This document shows, piece by piece, positions 52,111-64,000 of a stretch of DNA of 64,000 bases. The DNA comes from Eledone cirrhosa (taxonomy: Eukaryota), in the NCBI GenBank assembly GCA_964016885.1, contig OZ024741.1, positions 283,154,001 through 283,218,000 of the forward strand, given 5' to 3'. The notes under the pieces are model-generated. The model had not been told where the DNA came from and ran no database searches. It saw nothing but the letters and a program-made list of their open reading frames with translations. The translations under genes and the position numbers were made by a program. Every line of letters begins with the position of its first letter. Position 1 is the stretch's first letter.

Positions 52111-52427
52111 CTTTTCTGTAGCACTCCTCAATTCCCCCCTCTCTCCCTCCCGCTATCCCCCACTTGTAGTCTGTCTCTTTCTTTCACTCTCACTCTCTCT
52201 CTACGCGTGCGCAAAAAACATTCGCACGCGCGCACGTGTTTTAGCGTCTATTCACTCTCTCTCTTTCCCTCTCTCCCTCCCGCTATCCCCCTCTCGTAGT
52301 CTGTCTCTTTCTTTCACTCTCACTCTCTCTCTCTACGCGTGCGCAAAAACATTCGCACGCGCGCACGTGTTTCCACTGTCGGACAGACAGACAAACAGAG
52401 AAATTGCTGGTTATATATTATAAGGAG

Positions 52428-52598
52428 ACAAGGCCAGCAATTAACCAGTACATTACTGGTACTTTATTTTATCGACCCCGTGAGGATGAAAGGCAAAGTT
52501 AACCTCGGCGGTATTTGAACTCAGACCGTAAAGGGACGTAACTCAATGCTATGAAGCATGGTGTCCGACTCTCTACAGATTCTGCCAATCCACCGCCC
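52428..52598 (-). mobile_element. SINE family A
   Basis: Reverse-complement copy; its tail abuts the Helitron-like end. Confidence 0.88.
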
Positions 52599-53739
52599 TA
52601 ATGTCTGTACGTAATGAGGGAGTGAGAGAGGAGAGAAAGAAAGGCAGAGGTGAAGTGACGAAGTGACTCTCTCCTCCTCCATCTCCCCATTCGTCACAGC
52701 GATAGAGGGGAGGAATGTTAGTGTGTTACAAAGAGAAAAAGTGAGAGTGAGAGAAACAGACAGACTAAAAGAGAGGGATAGCTGGAGAGAGAGAGAGATA
52801 TAGCAACAGATACAGTACAGTAGCTAAGGGATGTATATATATTTCTGTGTGTATATATATATACATTTCTGTGTGTGTAATATATATATATATATATACA
52901 CTCACGGAAATATATATATATTTCTGTGTGTGTATATATATATATATTACACACACAGAAATGTATATATATTTCTGTGTGTATATATATATATATTACA
53001 CACACAGAAATGTATATATTTGATTCCTATAGAATTGACCGGCAACCGTTCTGTATAATCAGTTGCTGATTATTACTAGAATTCTATAAGAATCAAACAT
53101 TCATGATTTTCAGCAAACAGTAGTAGTAGTTAGCTTTGATAAGCACCAAAAAGTGCGAAACAGAGCTCTGTCAGCTTTATCTCCCCTGTTTGCTGAAAAT
53201 TAAAGTAAGTGAGACTCACTACTCTAAAACAATAGCGTAAGGTCTTCGAAATGCCTTTAATTAAGCATACAGTGTATTTCAAAATACACTATATATATCG
53301 CTATTTCAGAGCACCAATTCTAATATATATATATATATATATATATGTGCGTATTTCGCTTGGAAAAAGCTCGTTGATGAAGTAAACTCCATTCCTCTTG
53401 CTCTAGTAGTCTTATATATTTATATGTGAGCTGATAGAGTACAGTCTAAGGATTTACAGAAACCCAAGAAGCTAGATTTAACACCTTTCTAGTGGGTCCG
53501 GGTATGATTTTACATTCATTTAAATTATTGATGTATTGTTTTATTGATATTTTTTATCTGTTTGTCCCGAATCTTCTATTATCGATTTTTTATCGTATGG
53601 TTGATTGTAGACTTGTTCTATGTGTGACGGTATTTTAACGATAGTTATAGCTCTGATTCATCTGAATTATTGAGCCCTCTGCCGCTCATTTCGAATTTGT
53701 TTATCGTGAACTCGTGCGCCGATTTTTCGATACTCGATC

Positions 53740-53799
<60 letters not shown>

Positions 53800-53815
53800 G
53801 TATATATATATATAT

Positions 53816-54103
53816 ATATTTATTAAAATAACAGGTTAAAGTTTAAGCAAAGAATCGCTGCTTTCACCCTTAACGGGATCTTCTGAAACTAACAAAGTCA
53901 ATCTGTAAACGCAGAAGTCTTCTGCGTTTACAGATTGACTTTGTTAGTTTCAGAAGATCCCGTTAAGGGTGAAAGCAGCGATTCTTTGCTTAAACTTTAA
54001 TCTGTTATTTTAATAAATATTTGCTCTACGGTTCTTATATATTTGATATATATTTATCCTTATCGAGCCCTCTTTGGATTTTAGTCTTCAAATTTATTAT
54101 TAT

Positions 54104-54110
<7 letters not shown>
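53816..54110. repeat. Putative Penelope-like terminal repeat forming a palindrome (arms about 100 bp, centre 53918) plus extension
   Basis: gcagaag t cttctgc centre; same family as 2700-2882. Confidence 0.8.
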
Positions 54111-54151
<41 letters not shown>

Positions 54152-54196
54152 ATACAATATATTAATAAATGGAAACTATATTTATAAAACCGTAAT

Positions 54197-54261
54197 TATT
54201 TTATTATATATATTTCAAGGGCAACCAAGGCAATCTTGGTGCGCTTTCATCAGATAAAATA
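54197..54261 (-). ncRNA. Minimal type I hammerhead ribozyme motif, paralog of 9194-9254
   Basis: Reverse complement: tattttat CTGATGA aagcgcaccaag attgc cttggttgccctt GAAA t atat a ta ataaaata. Confidence 0.75.
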
Positions 54262-54404
54262 CAAAATTTGTTTTATAAATAGTGACATAACCGTGGAAAA
54301 CAACCTTGACGGTTGAAAAATTTGTGCTCTATATCAGTTATAAACTTTTAAGTTTGTTGGAATCCCTACAAATTAAATATAACTTCTGCATATATATATA
54401 TATT

Positions 54405-55175
54405 GTTATACTTGGGGAGGGTCATATTTGTGTAATATTGCCAGAATTAATAACAGAACACACTCACTGTTTGGTTGGTTTTCGCTTTTCGCTTCTGTGT
54501 CTTTTATATCGGTAATCTAATTTATTCGGTCCTCAATGTTGCCATTGACTGACCAACGGTCAAAAATAATACAGATACCATATAGACACAAACACATATA
54601 TATAGTTTATCAAAGTTCTTTCGTTGCACATCTGCAACATCGTCAGTGGTGCTATTGTTTCCTCCCGTTATATTGGACAGAATGGAGAAAGCGTTTCCCA
54701 AGAGGACGGCAAGTGAGACGCGCTGGAAAAGCCACTCCAACTCGCGGGGATCACACCTGCGGCTGGCCAGCTTAGCGCCTATGGTGGTGAGTAAGGAGGT
54801 AGCCCTGGGGCCGAGGACACCAGAAGTCTCCACTGCCAGGGATACAACCGCAAACCTGTCGGAGAGCGACCGGTATTTGAAGAGTTTGGCCTCCTCAGCC
54901 CGACGTGCAGCAGAACCTGGGTCAGTCGCAGACTGCACCAGGTTGCGGCTGCAGAAAGTGTAGGTGCAAGTGGCATCCCAGATGAGGGGTTTGCCACCGC
55001 GGAACGGGAAGATGGTCATGCCATCTGGCCTTTTGCCGTCCCATCGATCCAGCCCCACCGGCTCGTGCTGGGAAGGGAAGCCTGCAGCATCCAAGCCATG
55101 CTTAATGACTTCGTTGAGGGCAGCATGGCGTGGAATGCGGCCGGTACTGTGGCGACATGCGTATCAACATGGCTT
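54405..55175 (-). mobile_element. CRE-clade non-LTR retrotransposon 3' end (RLE endonuclease)
   Basis: RHAALN..I, EPVGLDRWDGKRPDG.T..P...GKPLIWDATC, AE..K..KY, AVETSG..G, LFQRVS.AV..GNA; GC-rich relative to host. Confidence 0.85.
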
Positions 55176-55727
55176 CCCAAAGTAGCGAATACCGACTTTG
55201 AAGGTTTTACATGCGACGACATTCGAAATGAAAAAGAAACACAAGATAATATTAGTGATTTATCTTCAAATGAATCAGACGTATTTATTTCTGACGATGA
55301 TAGTTACTTTGAAAGGGAAAGCGAAGATCTGACGGACACCATTGAAAATATTACAGCAACGTGATTGAAAGATACAACACCAATACATGTTCACACCTGT
55401 TAATGAACTTATATATTGGGAACATTCTGTTACGTAAATTTACACTGTACATTGTGTAAGAGTACATTGCAAATATTATTTTGACTGGTGAAAAGGTATT
55501 ATACATTTTTTTCAATGAAAATATTTTCCTGGAATGTAGAGAAAAACTAAAACCTTGTACTGATTATATCTGCATTTTTAATTAATTCACCTGTTCGGAA
55601 AACTGCTAGAATTGATGGAAGTCAACATCTAGGTCATTATTGAATTTTTTTGCAACAAATCTAACAGGTAAGGCAGATAAAGTTTAAATTTGTGTGTTTA
55701 TCCATAAAGTTATTAGTTTTACACCTG

Positions 55728-57498
55728 CTAATTAATAGTTTTTTTCATTTCTTCATCTGTAACTGTGCATTCGTTATAATAGTCATTCAATTCATCTTCA
55801 CATTCTTCAATATCATCTCCCTCATCACTCTCTGCATTTTCTGTCTTTTCACCAACTAAATCCTCATATAACACATCATCTTCAGTCCCGTCCATCACAT
55901 TTGATATGCCACATTTTTTGAAAGCCTTCATTATTAGTTCTTCAGGGATACTTTCCCAAGCCTCCTTCACCCACCCCACCACTAATCTCAAGCCAGGTCT
56001 TTTCAATGATCCACCTTTTGTAATTTCTTTTTCACCTGATATCATCCAAGAAGTCCAGAGTTTACGGATATAAGTCTTGAAGGGCTTATTTACTGCCACA
56101 TCAAGGGGTTGTAAGACTGAGGTGCAACCACCAGGAATCACTGCTTGTCTTGTTTTACAATCCTTCAGCTTAGCCTTTACAGACTCACAGCAGTGAGATC
56201 GAAACATATCCCAAACTAGCAAACTTCGTGGCTTCAGTAATGCCCCTGGCCTTTTCATCCACACTTCATCAAGTCATAACTTTGTTAAGTTCTCGTCCAT
56301 CCAGCCTTTCGGATGTACCTTCACAATCACATCGCTTGGAAAATTCTCTTTCGGCATAATTTTCCTTTTGAAAATAACTACAGGGCGAAGTTTTTTTCCA
56401 TCAGCCTGGCATGCTAGAACAACAGTAAAATGTTGTTTTTCATGACCTGTGGTTTTGACTGTAACAGTTTTGTTACCTACACTACCCAGTTTTATTGCCT
56501 GGCATGTCAAAGTACATGGGTGTTTCATCCATGTTGGCTATATTCTCCATGGCAAAATCAAACATTTTTCTTTCCTTTAACACAAATTTTACAAAATTGT
56601 GTACTTTGTCATCAATATCTTTTGGCAGCTTTTGTGCAATATGTGTCTTTTGGCGAAGAGTCAGTTCAAACCTATTCATAAACCTGGTACACCACCCTGC
56701 TGACGATTTAAATTGGGATAAGTAGTACTTTGGTGCAAGCTGAAGGGCTTTCGTTCTTATAGAAAGTCTTGTAACAATGTGTCCATTTTCCCTGATATCT
56801 AAAACTCGATCATTTAGCTCTTTTTCAAGATCTTGATATGGTGATACTCCAAACCTTGCTGCTCTCTTTGATTTAGGCATTTCTCCCAGCTTGTCTTTTT
56901 GTTTCCTCCAACCTCTCACCACCTTTTCTGACACTCCAAACTCCCTTTCTGCTGATCTATTTCCAAATTCTTCTGCATAACCAACCACCTTTAACTTGAA
57001 AACTGTTTGATAACTTTTTCTCTTACCGGAATTCATATTTCTCAGTGAATTATAAAAAAAATTTCAACTATCAACTTTTCTCACTTGCTAATTTTGAAAA
57101 GAAACGCCACATGCAATAATCTGTTTCCTGTTAAAGTAAATACGTCACGATACGTGTTCATAGCAACGCTAAGACAATGAAATCACATTTTAAATACCGG
57201 GTATGCATTTCTATGGATTTTAATGACGGATGGTTCGGTCAGATAGAAAAAAACGTAAACACTACGAAGTTTTAGTAAAAAATTTAAAATCAAGAAATAT
57301 ATGTATAAGAAGGTAGATATATGAAATTATTATGTTAAATAATAAAAAATATTAACAAAGTTATTTTATAAATACCCATCGTTGATTAAGTCTATGAAAA
57401 ATCATTGGTCAGTCTGATGTCGATCGAATAGGTCACACCCCCAACATTTATACTTATTTATCGTTAAAAAATTGCGACCTCTACGCGAGTATATACGG
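55728..57498 (-). mobile_element. pogo/Tigger-type DNA transposon (Brinker-like DBD + CENP-B HTH + DDE_1), frameshifted
   Basis: KRKSY...FKLKVV, SAGWCTRFM.R, NMDETP, WMDE, LVWD.FRSH, IPGGCTS.LQPLDV.VNKPFK, AFKKCGIS; one terminus TA|CCGTATATACTCGCGTA at 57500-57482. Confidence 0.92.
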
Positions 57499-57799
57499 TA
57501 ATTCATGTGAGTCCATGTGAAATACTTCACAATACAACTATTTATTAGTAAAGCAGTTTCGTTCTGGATTTTCTTAGGAGAATTACATTTTTATTGTTCA
57601 ACTTAACTATGCCTTAGTTTGCAGCTCTTCACTCTCCTAATGCTTGTATTAAAATGTTTGGAAGAAAATAAACCATTATTATATGTTTAAATATGCCTTC
57701 TGATTCTTTCCTCAACTATGGAACATGAACACGCAGCCTAATCTATATCTTCTGAGTGGGGAAAACACATAATGGGCAGTTGCAAAACTTTAGAACGTC

Positions 57800-58225
57800 A
57801 TCTAGAACATAGTTATTAACACCCACAAAGTTATTAACCATCTCGCCAACAACAACCCTGAGCACCTTTTTGATCTCCATGTGTCTAACACACGTGGACA
57901 TGCCTACAAAGTCAGAAAACAGCACAGCTCCCATGACTTTCGGAAACATTTTTTCACGCTAATAGTTGCTGAAGCATGGAACAAACTGTCTGCGTCAATT
58001 GTTAGCTGTCAAGACACTGCATCCTTTAAAACCCTCATGCTTCCCAAAATTGCCAAAACTACACCTGATGTCCCCCTTCCATACACATGCACACATGTGT
58101 ATATCATGATTCATGCACTGTTCATTTTCCTGACGTTTGTACATTACCCTATGTACTATACATACACTTTTGATGAGTTGTAGTGCACCTGAGCACTGTA
58201 CACAATATTTTCATTATTATTATTT
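57800..58225 (+). mobile_element. CR1-type LINE 3' end
   Basis: NTRGHAYKV....S..DFRKHFF...V..AWNKL...IV......SFK; (ATT)n tail. Confidence 0.85.
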
Positions 58226-58271
58226 CATAAACAACTGAAGTTTTAGCTCCAGAAGGGTTGAGCACACAGTC

Positions 58272-58665
58272 TTGATGAAGTCATCAGTAGTTGGACATAC
58301 AAATTCTGTCAATGTGTACTCCTCAAAAGCTGGATATGTTAATCACCGGAAATCACATGAAAGAACAAGAAGCTGCAACACCACTCAACACAGACCTGGT
58401 GTAACAATGTGTATGATATGCAACAAAGTGTGTAGAACTAGTTCTGGACTAAACAAACACATGGTGGTGCATAAAGATTGTGTTCCACAGGGTGACCCCA
58501 CCAGTCCTGTAGAAAACACAACTCTCTTCTGTCACCTGAGTCATAGACCATGCAGATATGCAGCTGGTCTACATAGTCATCTACAAAGCCATGGAGATGG
58601 ATGGGGTGACAATGGAAAATCAATAAGAGATGACAATCGTCTGTGAAGACACTGCAATCCTCATG
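58272..58665 (+). mobile_element. RTE-clade LINE 3' remnant with C2H2 zinc fingers
   Basis: YSSKAGYVNHRKSH, CMICNKVCRTSSGLNKHMVVH, ..AGLHSHLQSH; same architecture as 11953-12321. Confidence 0.65.
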
Positions 58666-58683
58666 TATGTATATATATATATA

Positions 58684-59020
58684 CATGGCTTAGTGGTTAG
58701 AGCATTGGCCTTGCAATTGAAAGGTTGTGAGTTCAATTCTCAGACCGGGTGATGCGTTGTTTCCTTGAGCAAGACACTTTATTTCACATTGCTCCAGTTT
58801 ACTCAGCTGTAGAAATGAGATGATAGGGACTGGGGTCCCTATCATTCCACTGCAAAGTGGTCGTGGAGGTGCCACGGCTAAAAAGCACCCAGCACTCACT
58901 GTGAATGAGGTTGGTGTTAGGAAGGGCATCCAGCTGTAGAAATCAAGCCAGAATCAGTTCCCGTCCCACCCTTGTAAGCAGGGAAAAGCGGACGTAAAAT
59001 GAAATGATGATGATGATGAT
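58684..59020 (+). mobile_element. SINE family B
   Basis: Near-identical to 5692-6032. Confidence 0.9.
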
Positions 59021-61491
59021 ATATATCATCATCATTATCATCATCATTTTACGTCTGCTTTTCCCTGCTTGCAAGGGTGGGATGGGTCCTATTCAGCACA
59101 GCATCTCTCCATTCGTCACGGTCCTTTGTCATCTCCTCTGTGAGCTTCAGCGACCTGAGGTCAGCTCTCACCACCTCTGCCCATGATTTTTGTGGTCTTC
59201 CTCTACTGCGTCTTCCTTCTACTGGGATTTCTTGGCACTTCTTTACCCAGTGGTCATCCTCCATGCGCATCACATGTCCATACCAATGCAGTCTTCCCTC
59301 CAGCACACTACAGTTTATCCACCTTAGACACAGTTTCTCTCTCAACTCATCTATGCTTGGTCATTCACGCACATTGACATTGCACATCCATTGGAGCATG
59401 CTTACTTCATTTCTCTCCAACCGTTGCATATCCTCCACAGTTGCTGCCCATGTCTCACTACCATGCAGCATCATGCGTCTCATACAGGCATCATATAACT
59501 GGCCTTTCGTTCGTAGGGAGAAACCCTTCTTTGTCAACAGAGGAAGCAGCTCCCTAAACTTCTTCTAACCCATCCTTATTCTAGATACAATGGCCTCGGA
59601 GCACCCCTCTCCTTTGCTAATCTGATCACCTAGGTATCGGAAGCTATCAACCACCTCTATAAATCCTACCTGCATTTGAAAAATGTGTCTATCACTGTGA
59701 CTTCTACTGTCAAATTTCCCTGAACATCTATTCCATATGTAGTTTTCCCTACCTCTTAGTTTGCCTGCTATCCCACTACATCTCTTGTGTACCCAAGATC
59801 TGCATTGTGTGCATTCTGTAGAATTTATGCCGACTCCTTGTCTGCATATCAAACATGGCCATTTCCCTGATGGAATCAGAATCTTGTCCTCTTTCTTACT
59901 TATCAACACTTTAGTCTTAGCTACATTCACTCTCAGTCCTCTTAATTCCAACTGGTCTTTCCATAGCCAGATTTTATTCTCTAGCTACTCTACTGATTCT
60001 GCTATAAGTACCAGATCGTCAGCATGGAGAAGTTCCATTGGGCAGCCAGTCTTAAACTCCTCTGTTATGGCTTGGAGAACTATAATGAATAAGAGTGGGC
60101 TGAGGACCGAACCCTGATGCCCTCCTACTTGTATCTGGAATTCCTCACTAAACTCCATTCCTACTCTCACTTTACTGACAGCACCTCTGTATAGAGCTTG
60201 TACTGTCCTCACAAGCCATTCCTCTACACCTAGTCTCCTTAGGGACCACCAGTTGACAGATCGCGGTACTCTATAGAAGGCCTTCTCTAGGTCAACAAAA
60301 GCAAAGTATAGTGGCTTATTCTACTTTAAGAACCTCTCTTGTAGTTGTCTCACTAAGAAGAGGGCATCTGTTGTACTTTTCCCAGGCACAAAACCAAACT
60401 ACATTTCATCTTATTTGACCCTTCTCTAATTAGTTGCACTAGCATTCTTTCTGTCACTTTCATAACCTGATCCATCAGTTTTATACCCCTATAATTGCTC
60501 CTCTCCAGAGTATCTCCTTTACCTGTGTAGCTATTTATAAGAATAATGCTGCACCAGCCTTTGCACCATATATAGCTTGACTATGCGTGCAACCAGTTTA
60601 GTTCCTACTTCTCCTGATGCCTTCAGCATCTCAGCAACTATCCCTGATGGTCCAGCGGCCTTACCACTTTTCATTTCCTTAATTGCCTCTTTGATCCTTT
60701 AGTCGTCAATCTCAATAGGTGGTCCCTCTGTTGGGTCTACTAGGGATAGTTTCTCTCTCTCCCATTGATTCTTAAGATTCATCAGTCTCTCATAATGACA
60801 TTTCCAGGCCTCTTTTTTCTGTGCATCAGATACACTAAGTGCACCAACATCCTTTCAGACACACTTATCTCCAACAACATCCTGATTTACACTGGCACAC
60901 GGCCTTGCAATACGGAACACCGTACATTTCTGATCTTCTCATCACAGAACATTGGCAAACCTCCTACTCTCAGCTAAGTATACCTGACATCTAACCTCTC
61001 TTTTAGCAGCTGAGTATCGGTCTCTACTCCCACCATTTTTTCAAGCCTTCCATGCTAGTTTTTTTGTCTTTAATGGCTCTATCTACTGTGCTGTTCCACC
61101 ACTAGGTCACCCTCTGTCTGGTTGGAGCTCTGCTCCAGCCACAAGTCTCTTCAGTAGCCTGCAGTAAGTTGTCACGTAAGAAATTCCAGTTATCATCTAT
61201 GTCATATGATCCTAATTTGTCTTCTGTTTCGTCATACACATCTTAAAGAGCTTTCCTAAATTTGTATTTTAGTGAAAGGTCTTTTAGCTTCCATACCTTC
61301 CTGTGTGTCTCTTTTTTTTTCTTGTTTATTGAGATATCACTAATGACTAACCTATGTTGGGGGGTATATTCTTCCCCAGGGTATGCCTTAGTATTTGACA
61401 CCATCTGTCTGTCTCGTTGCCTAACTAGCAAGAAGTCAATCTGGCTTATGTGCTCGCCTGATTGGTAGGTTATTAGGTGGTTGGTAGGTTT

Positions 61492-61855
61492 TGTAGCAAG
61501 AGTTGCCTCCCTTGTTGTGACGCTCACATCACCAATAGATTAACGCTCTCTAGACAGGAAGTAGCTGGAGTTACTTCCCGTTGGGGGTGGCAGAACTCTT
61601 TTTGTCACTTCCGTCTTGGACCCTATAAAAGGGATACTCAGAGCGATCTCTCTCTCATTTGCCCTTTCGCCTGGCAACCCTAACATGGTCTCTTGCGAGC
61701 TAACTTCAAAACGGTAAATAACTTTACTTCATTCTTTCATCTACTTTCATTGAGTTGTCAACCATTCTGTTCTACATAACTGCAACTTGTTAATTAAACT
61801 TTATATACACAACCTAGTGTCTTGTTATATTCATACACACCAGTATGTTGTTATA
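61492..61855 (+). mobile_element. Solo LTR (364 bp), probably Gypsy-type
   Basis: Starts TGTAGC, ends GTTATA (degenerate ..TACA); GTTT duplicated at 61488-61491 and 61856-61859; removing it restores the RTE peptide NFKKPTNHLITY; internal TATAAAA and ATTAAA. Confidence 0.75.
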
Positions 61856-62242
61856 GTTTCTTGAAGTTACTGTTGCAAATGGTTAGTTCATTCGCATCAC
61901 AAAATTCAAGAAGCCTCACTCCTTCGTTTCTTGAGCCATAACCATGACCACCATGTACCCCAGTGTATCCATCCTGGAACTGTCCAACATGACCATTGAA
62001 GTCACCTGCTAGTATAACTAGGTCTCTATCCTCTGTCATTGTGGTTGTCTCTAGAAGTTACTCATAAAAGCAGTCCTCTTCTTTACCTAGGCCCGCTTGG
62101 GGAGCATAGGTAGAGACAATTGTCAGCAGTCTATTGCCTACAACTAATCTAATCTTAATTATTCTATTACTAACTCTAACTACCTCTATTGTCTTATTGA
62201 TCCACCTCACGGTCAGTAATATGCCTAACCCTCCTAACCCAT

Positions 62243-62788
62243 TTTAGAAAAAAATTTTTGGTAAATAGATAGAAGAGAGAGATATATGGATATAGATAGA
62301 TATGTGTTGTTATGAATGTTAATATTTGTTTGTGTATTGTATCACCGAGAGTACCCGAAGCAGTCCAAAGGAATGTTGTGGCAAATACCATCATAAGACA
62401 TTACGTTTTTTTATATATAATTTATTTACAAAGATGAGAAGTTGAGTTAGCTGTGATGACATGTCATAAGAAATAAAATAAAACAAATTAAGATGCTGTA
62501 AATTTAGACGCAGTCAGATGGCTGAAGTAAGAGGCCAAGTCACAGAGAATTCCAGTAGCTAGATTTTGGAAAGTTTGTTGAGCAAAATCAAGAGATGTTT
62601 ACCTTCTGGTGTCGTCGAGATGCAAGAGAAAAAGTTTATCGAAAAGAAGCGGGAATTTTTCCCTCTGGGCGGAAGTCGAGATACATCTACCTATAGCGAG
62701 ATACATCTACCTGGTAGCGATTAGCTGAACTTAGCCAAACAACGTATAGAGAATGTATCCGTGAGCCCTCAGAATGTAGGTCACTACA
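62243..62788. mobile_element. Second solo LTR-like insertion (546 bp)
   Basis: Ends TTTAG...CTACA (degenerate TGTAG...CTACA); CCAT duplicated at 62239-62242 and 62789-62792; splits the RTE endonuclease segment LWVG...DG/LGGLGILL. Confidence 0.7.
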
Positions 62789-63312
62789 CCATCATCCTTC
62801 CTACCCAGAGAAGCTTATAGCTAAGCTGTTTGCCTGCGATTAGTCTTGCGGAGGCACCTCTCCATCTCACCTCTTGCACACAGCACACATCCACATGTCT
62901 TCTCTCTAGCATCTCCACTATCTCACCAGAGCTACCTGTCAGGGTGCCAACATTAAGTGTGGAAACCCTGAGATGTGACATCTTTCGTTGTTTTTTCCTT
63001 TTCTGCAAAGAAAAATATTTATTTATAATCATGTTGTGCGATTGCTTAATGAGGGTTGGGGGTTCTCGCACATAGATGCACTAACCACCCCACTACTGTG
63101 CACAGCCCTAACATGGTTTGTGTTATTGCTGTTTATGCAGTTATTGCAATACTTATCTGTTGTGCTCATAATTGTTGGCATTAATATACTGGTTGGATGC
63201 CCTTCCTAACACCAGCACCACTTTACAGCATGGACTGAGTGCTTTTATTCGTGCAACCAGCACTAAAGAGGTTGTCTTACTGGACTCAGGAGCTCTCTCT
63301 ACCCCATACTCT

Positions 63313-64000
63313 ATCATCATCATCATCATCAACGTTTAACGTCCGTGTTCCACGCTTGCATGGGTTTGGACGAGGGTAGTCCCACTTGAGGCAAGAGTGA
63401 TTGTCTTGCTCGCATAGGACTGTCTGGCAGGTTTTCTACAGTTGGATGCCCTTCCTAACACCAACCACATTTACAGTGTGGGTCTGGGAGGTTTTTACCG
63501 TGTTGCCTACACGGCCACATTACAGCGTGGACTGTGTGTTTTTTTGTCGTGACACCTACACGATCTCATTTGTTTCGGCCTGGATGGCGCGGCACCAACA
63601 TAACTTTACATAGAACGGGGTGGTGTGGATGGGGTGGGGGTGGTGGCGGGACGGGGTGTATTTTGTTAGAGATGCCTACTGGCAAGGCGGGTCTTCTCTG
63701 TTACTGAGTACCGCCAAAGGTCTCGGTCCAGTGACATTGTCTTGGAGAGGTGTAAGTGTGTGAGGTCGGAGTTTATCAGCTCGTCCCAGGTTTTTCTAGG
63801 TCTGCCTATTCCGTGGCTACCGTCTATCTTTATTGCCCTGCACTTTGTTATACAGCTATCGACTTTCATGCGCATCACGTGTCCATACCAACGTAGCCTT
63901 CTCTCGAGTAAACAACATCTGATCCCTCTTATCTCTAATTTTTTCCTTAGTTCGTTTATGCTTTGCCGTTCACGTATATTACTGTTACACATCCAGCGGA
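63313..64000 (-). mobile_element. RTE/BovB-like LINE 3' end, runs off window
   Basis: ORF 63666-63992; near-identical to 37843-38718. Confidence 0.92.

Larger units (their letters stand above)
47037..52427 (-). mobile_element. Tandem/nested non-autonomous Helitron-like elements
   Basis: Minus-strand units begin TCtatatata.. and end in a GC hairpin plus CTAG (47037, 49714 degenerate, 50739, 51322); head-to-tail junction tatatatagactagcag at about 50731 and 51312; internal (CAGA)n and repeated aatgcggccctaggg. Confidence 0.75.
59027..63100 (-). mobile_element. Near full-length RTE/BovB-like LINE, pseudogenised, interrupted by two insertions
   Basis: APE (TLNVGTLTG, VQEVRW, GDFNGHVG, QIDF, QHRLV) through RT (HQGSVLSPLLF, HADD) to RLHWYGHVMR and (GAT)n tail. 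Confidence 0.92.

Noticed and set aside
53940-53990. cagaaga-tccc-gttaa-gggt-gaaag as a hammerhead
   Set aside because: Core reads CAGAAGA not CUGANGA and no convincing stem I; only noted as part of the repeat
55728-57036. Domesticated POGK-like host gene
   Set aside because: Frameshifts split the transposase and a TIR-like end with TA is retained

Overview
AT-rich, repeat-dense eukaryotic genomic DNA. The SINE/LINE repertoire and the gene content point to an octopod or other coleoid cephalopod (inference). One real host gene is visible. It is the 3' eight coding exons (+ strand, 4293-42482, 1139 nt, about 379 aa, 5' part upstream of the window) of a Pif/LamG3-like extracellular protein: one 6-Cys chitin-binding (ChtBD2) module, three 4-Cys CBD-like modules each on its own phase 1-1 exon, and a C-terminal laminin-G/concanavalin A-like domain. 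Most of these exons are missed or mis-bounded by the ORF track. Nearly everything else is decayed mobile DNA: Tx1/L1-type, Dong/R4-type, RTE, CR1 and CRE-type non-LTR elements, a Gypsy gag relic, two solo LTRs with 4-bp target duplications inside one RTE, a pogo transposon, a tandem Helitron-like array, many tRNA-derived SINEs and microsatellites. The least obvious signals are minimal hammerhead-ribozyme motifs and a set of long fold-back palindromes in (TA)n tracts, which look like Penelope-like element termini. No clearly novel biological system can be demonstrated from sequence alone. All family names come from motif recognition, not database searches.
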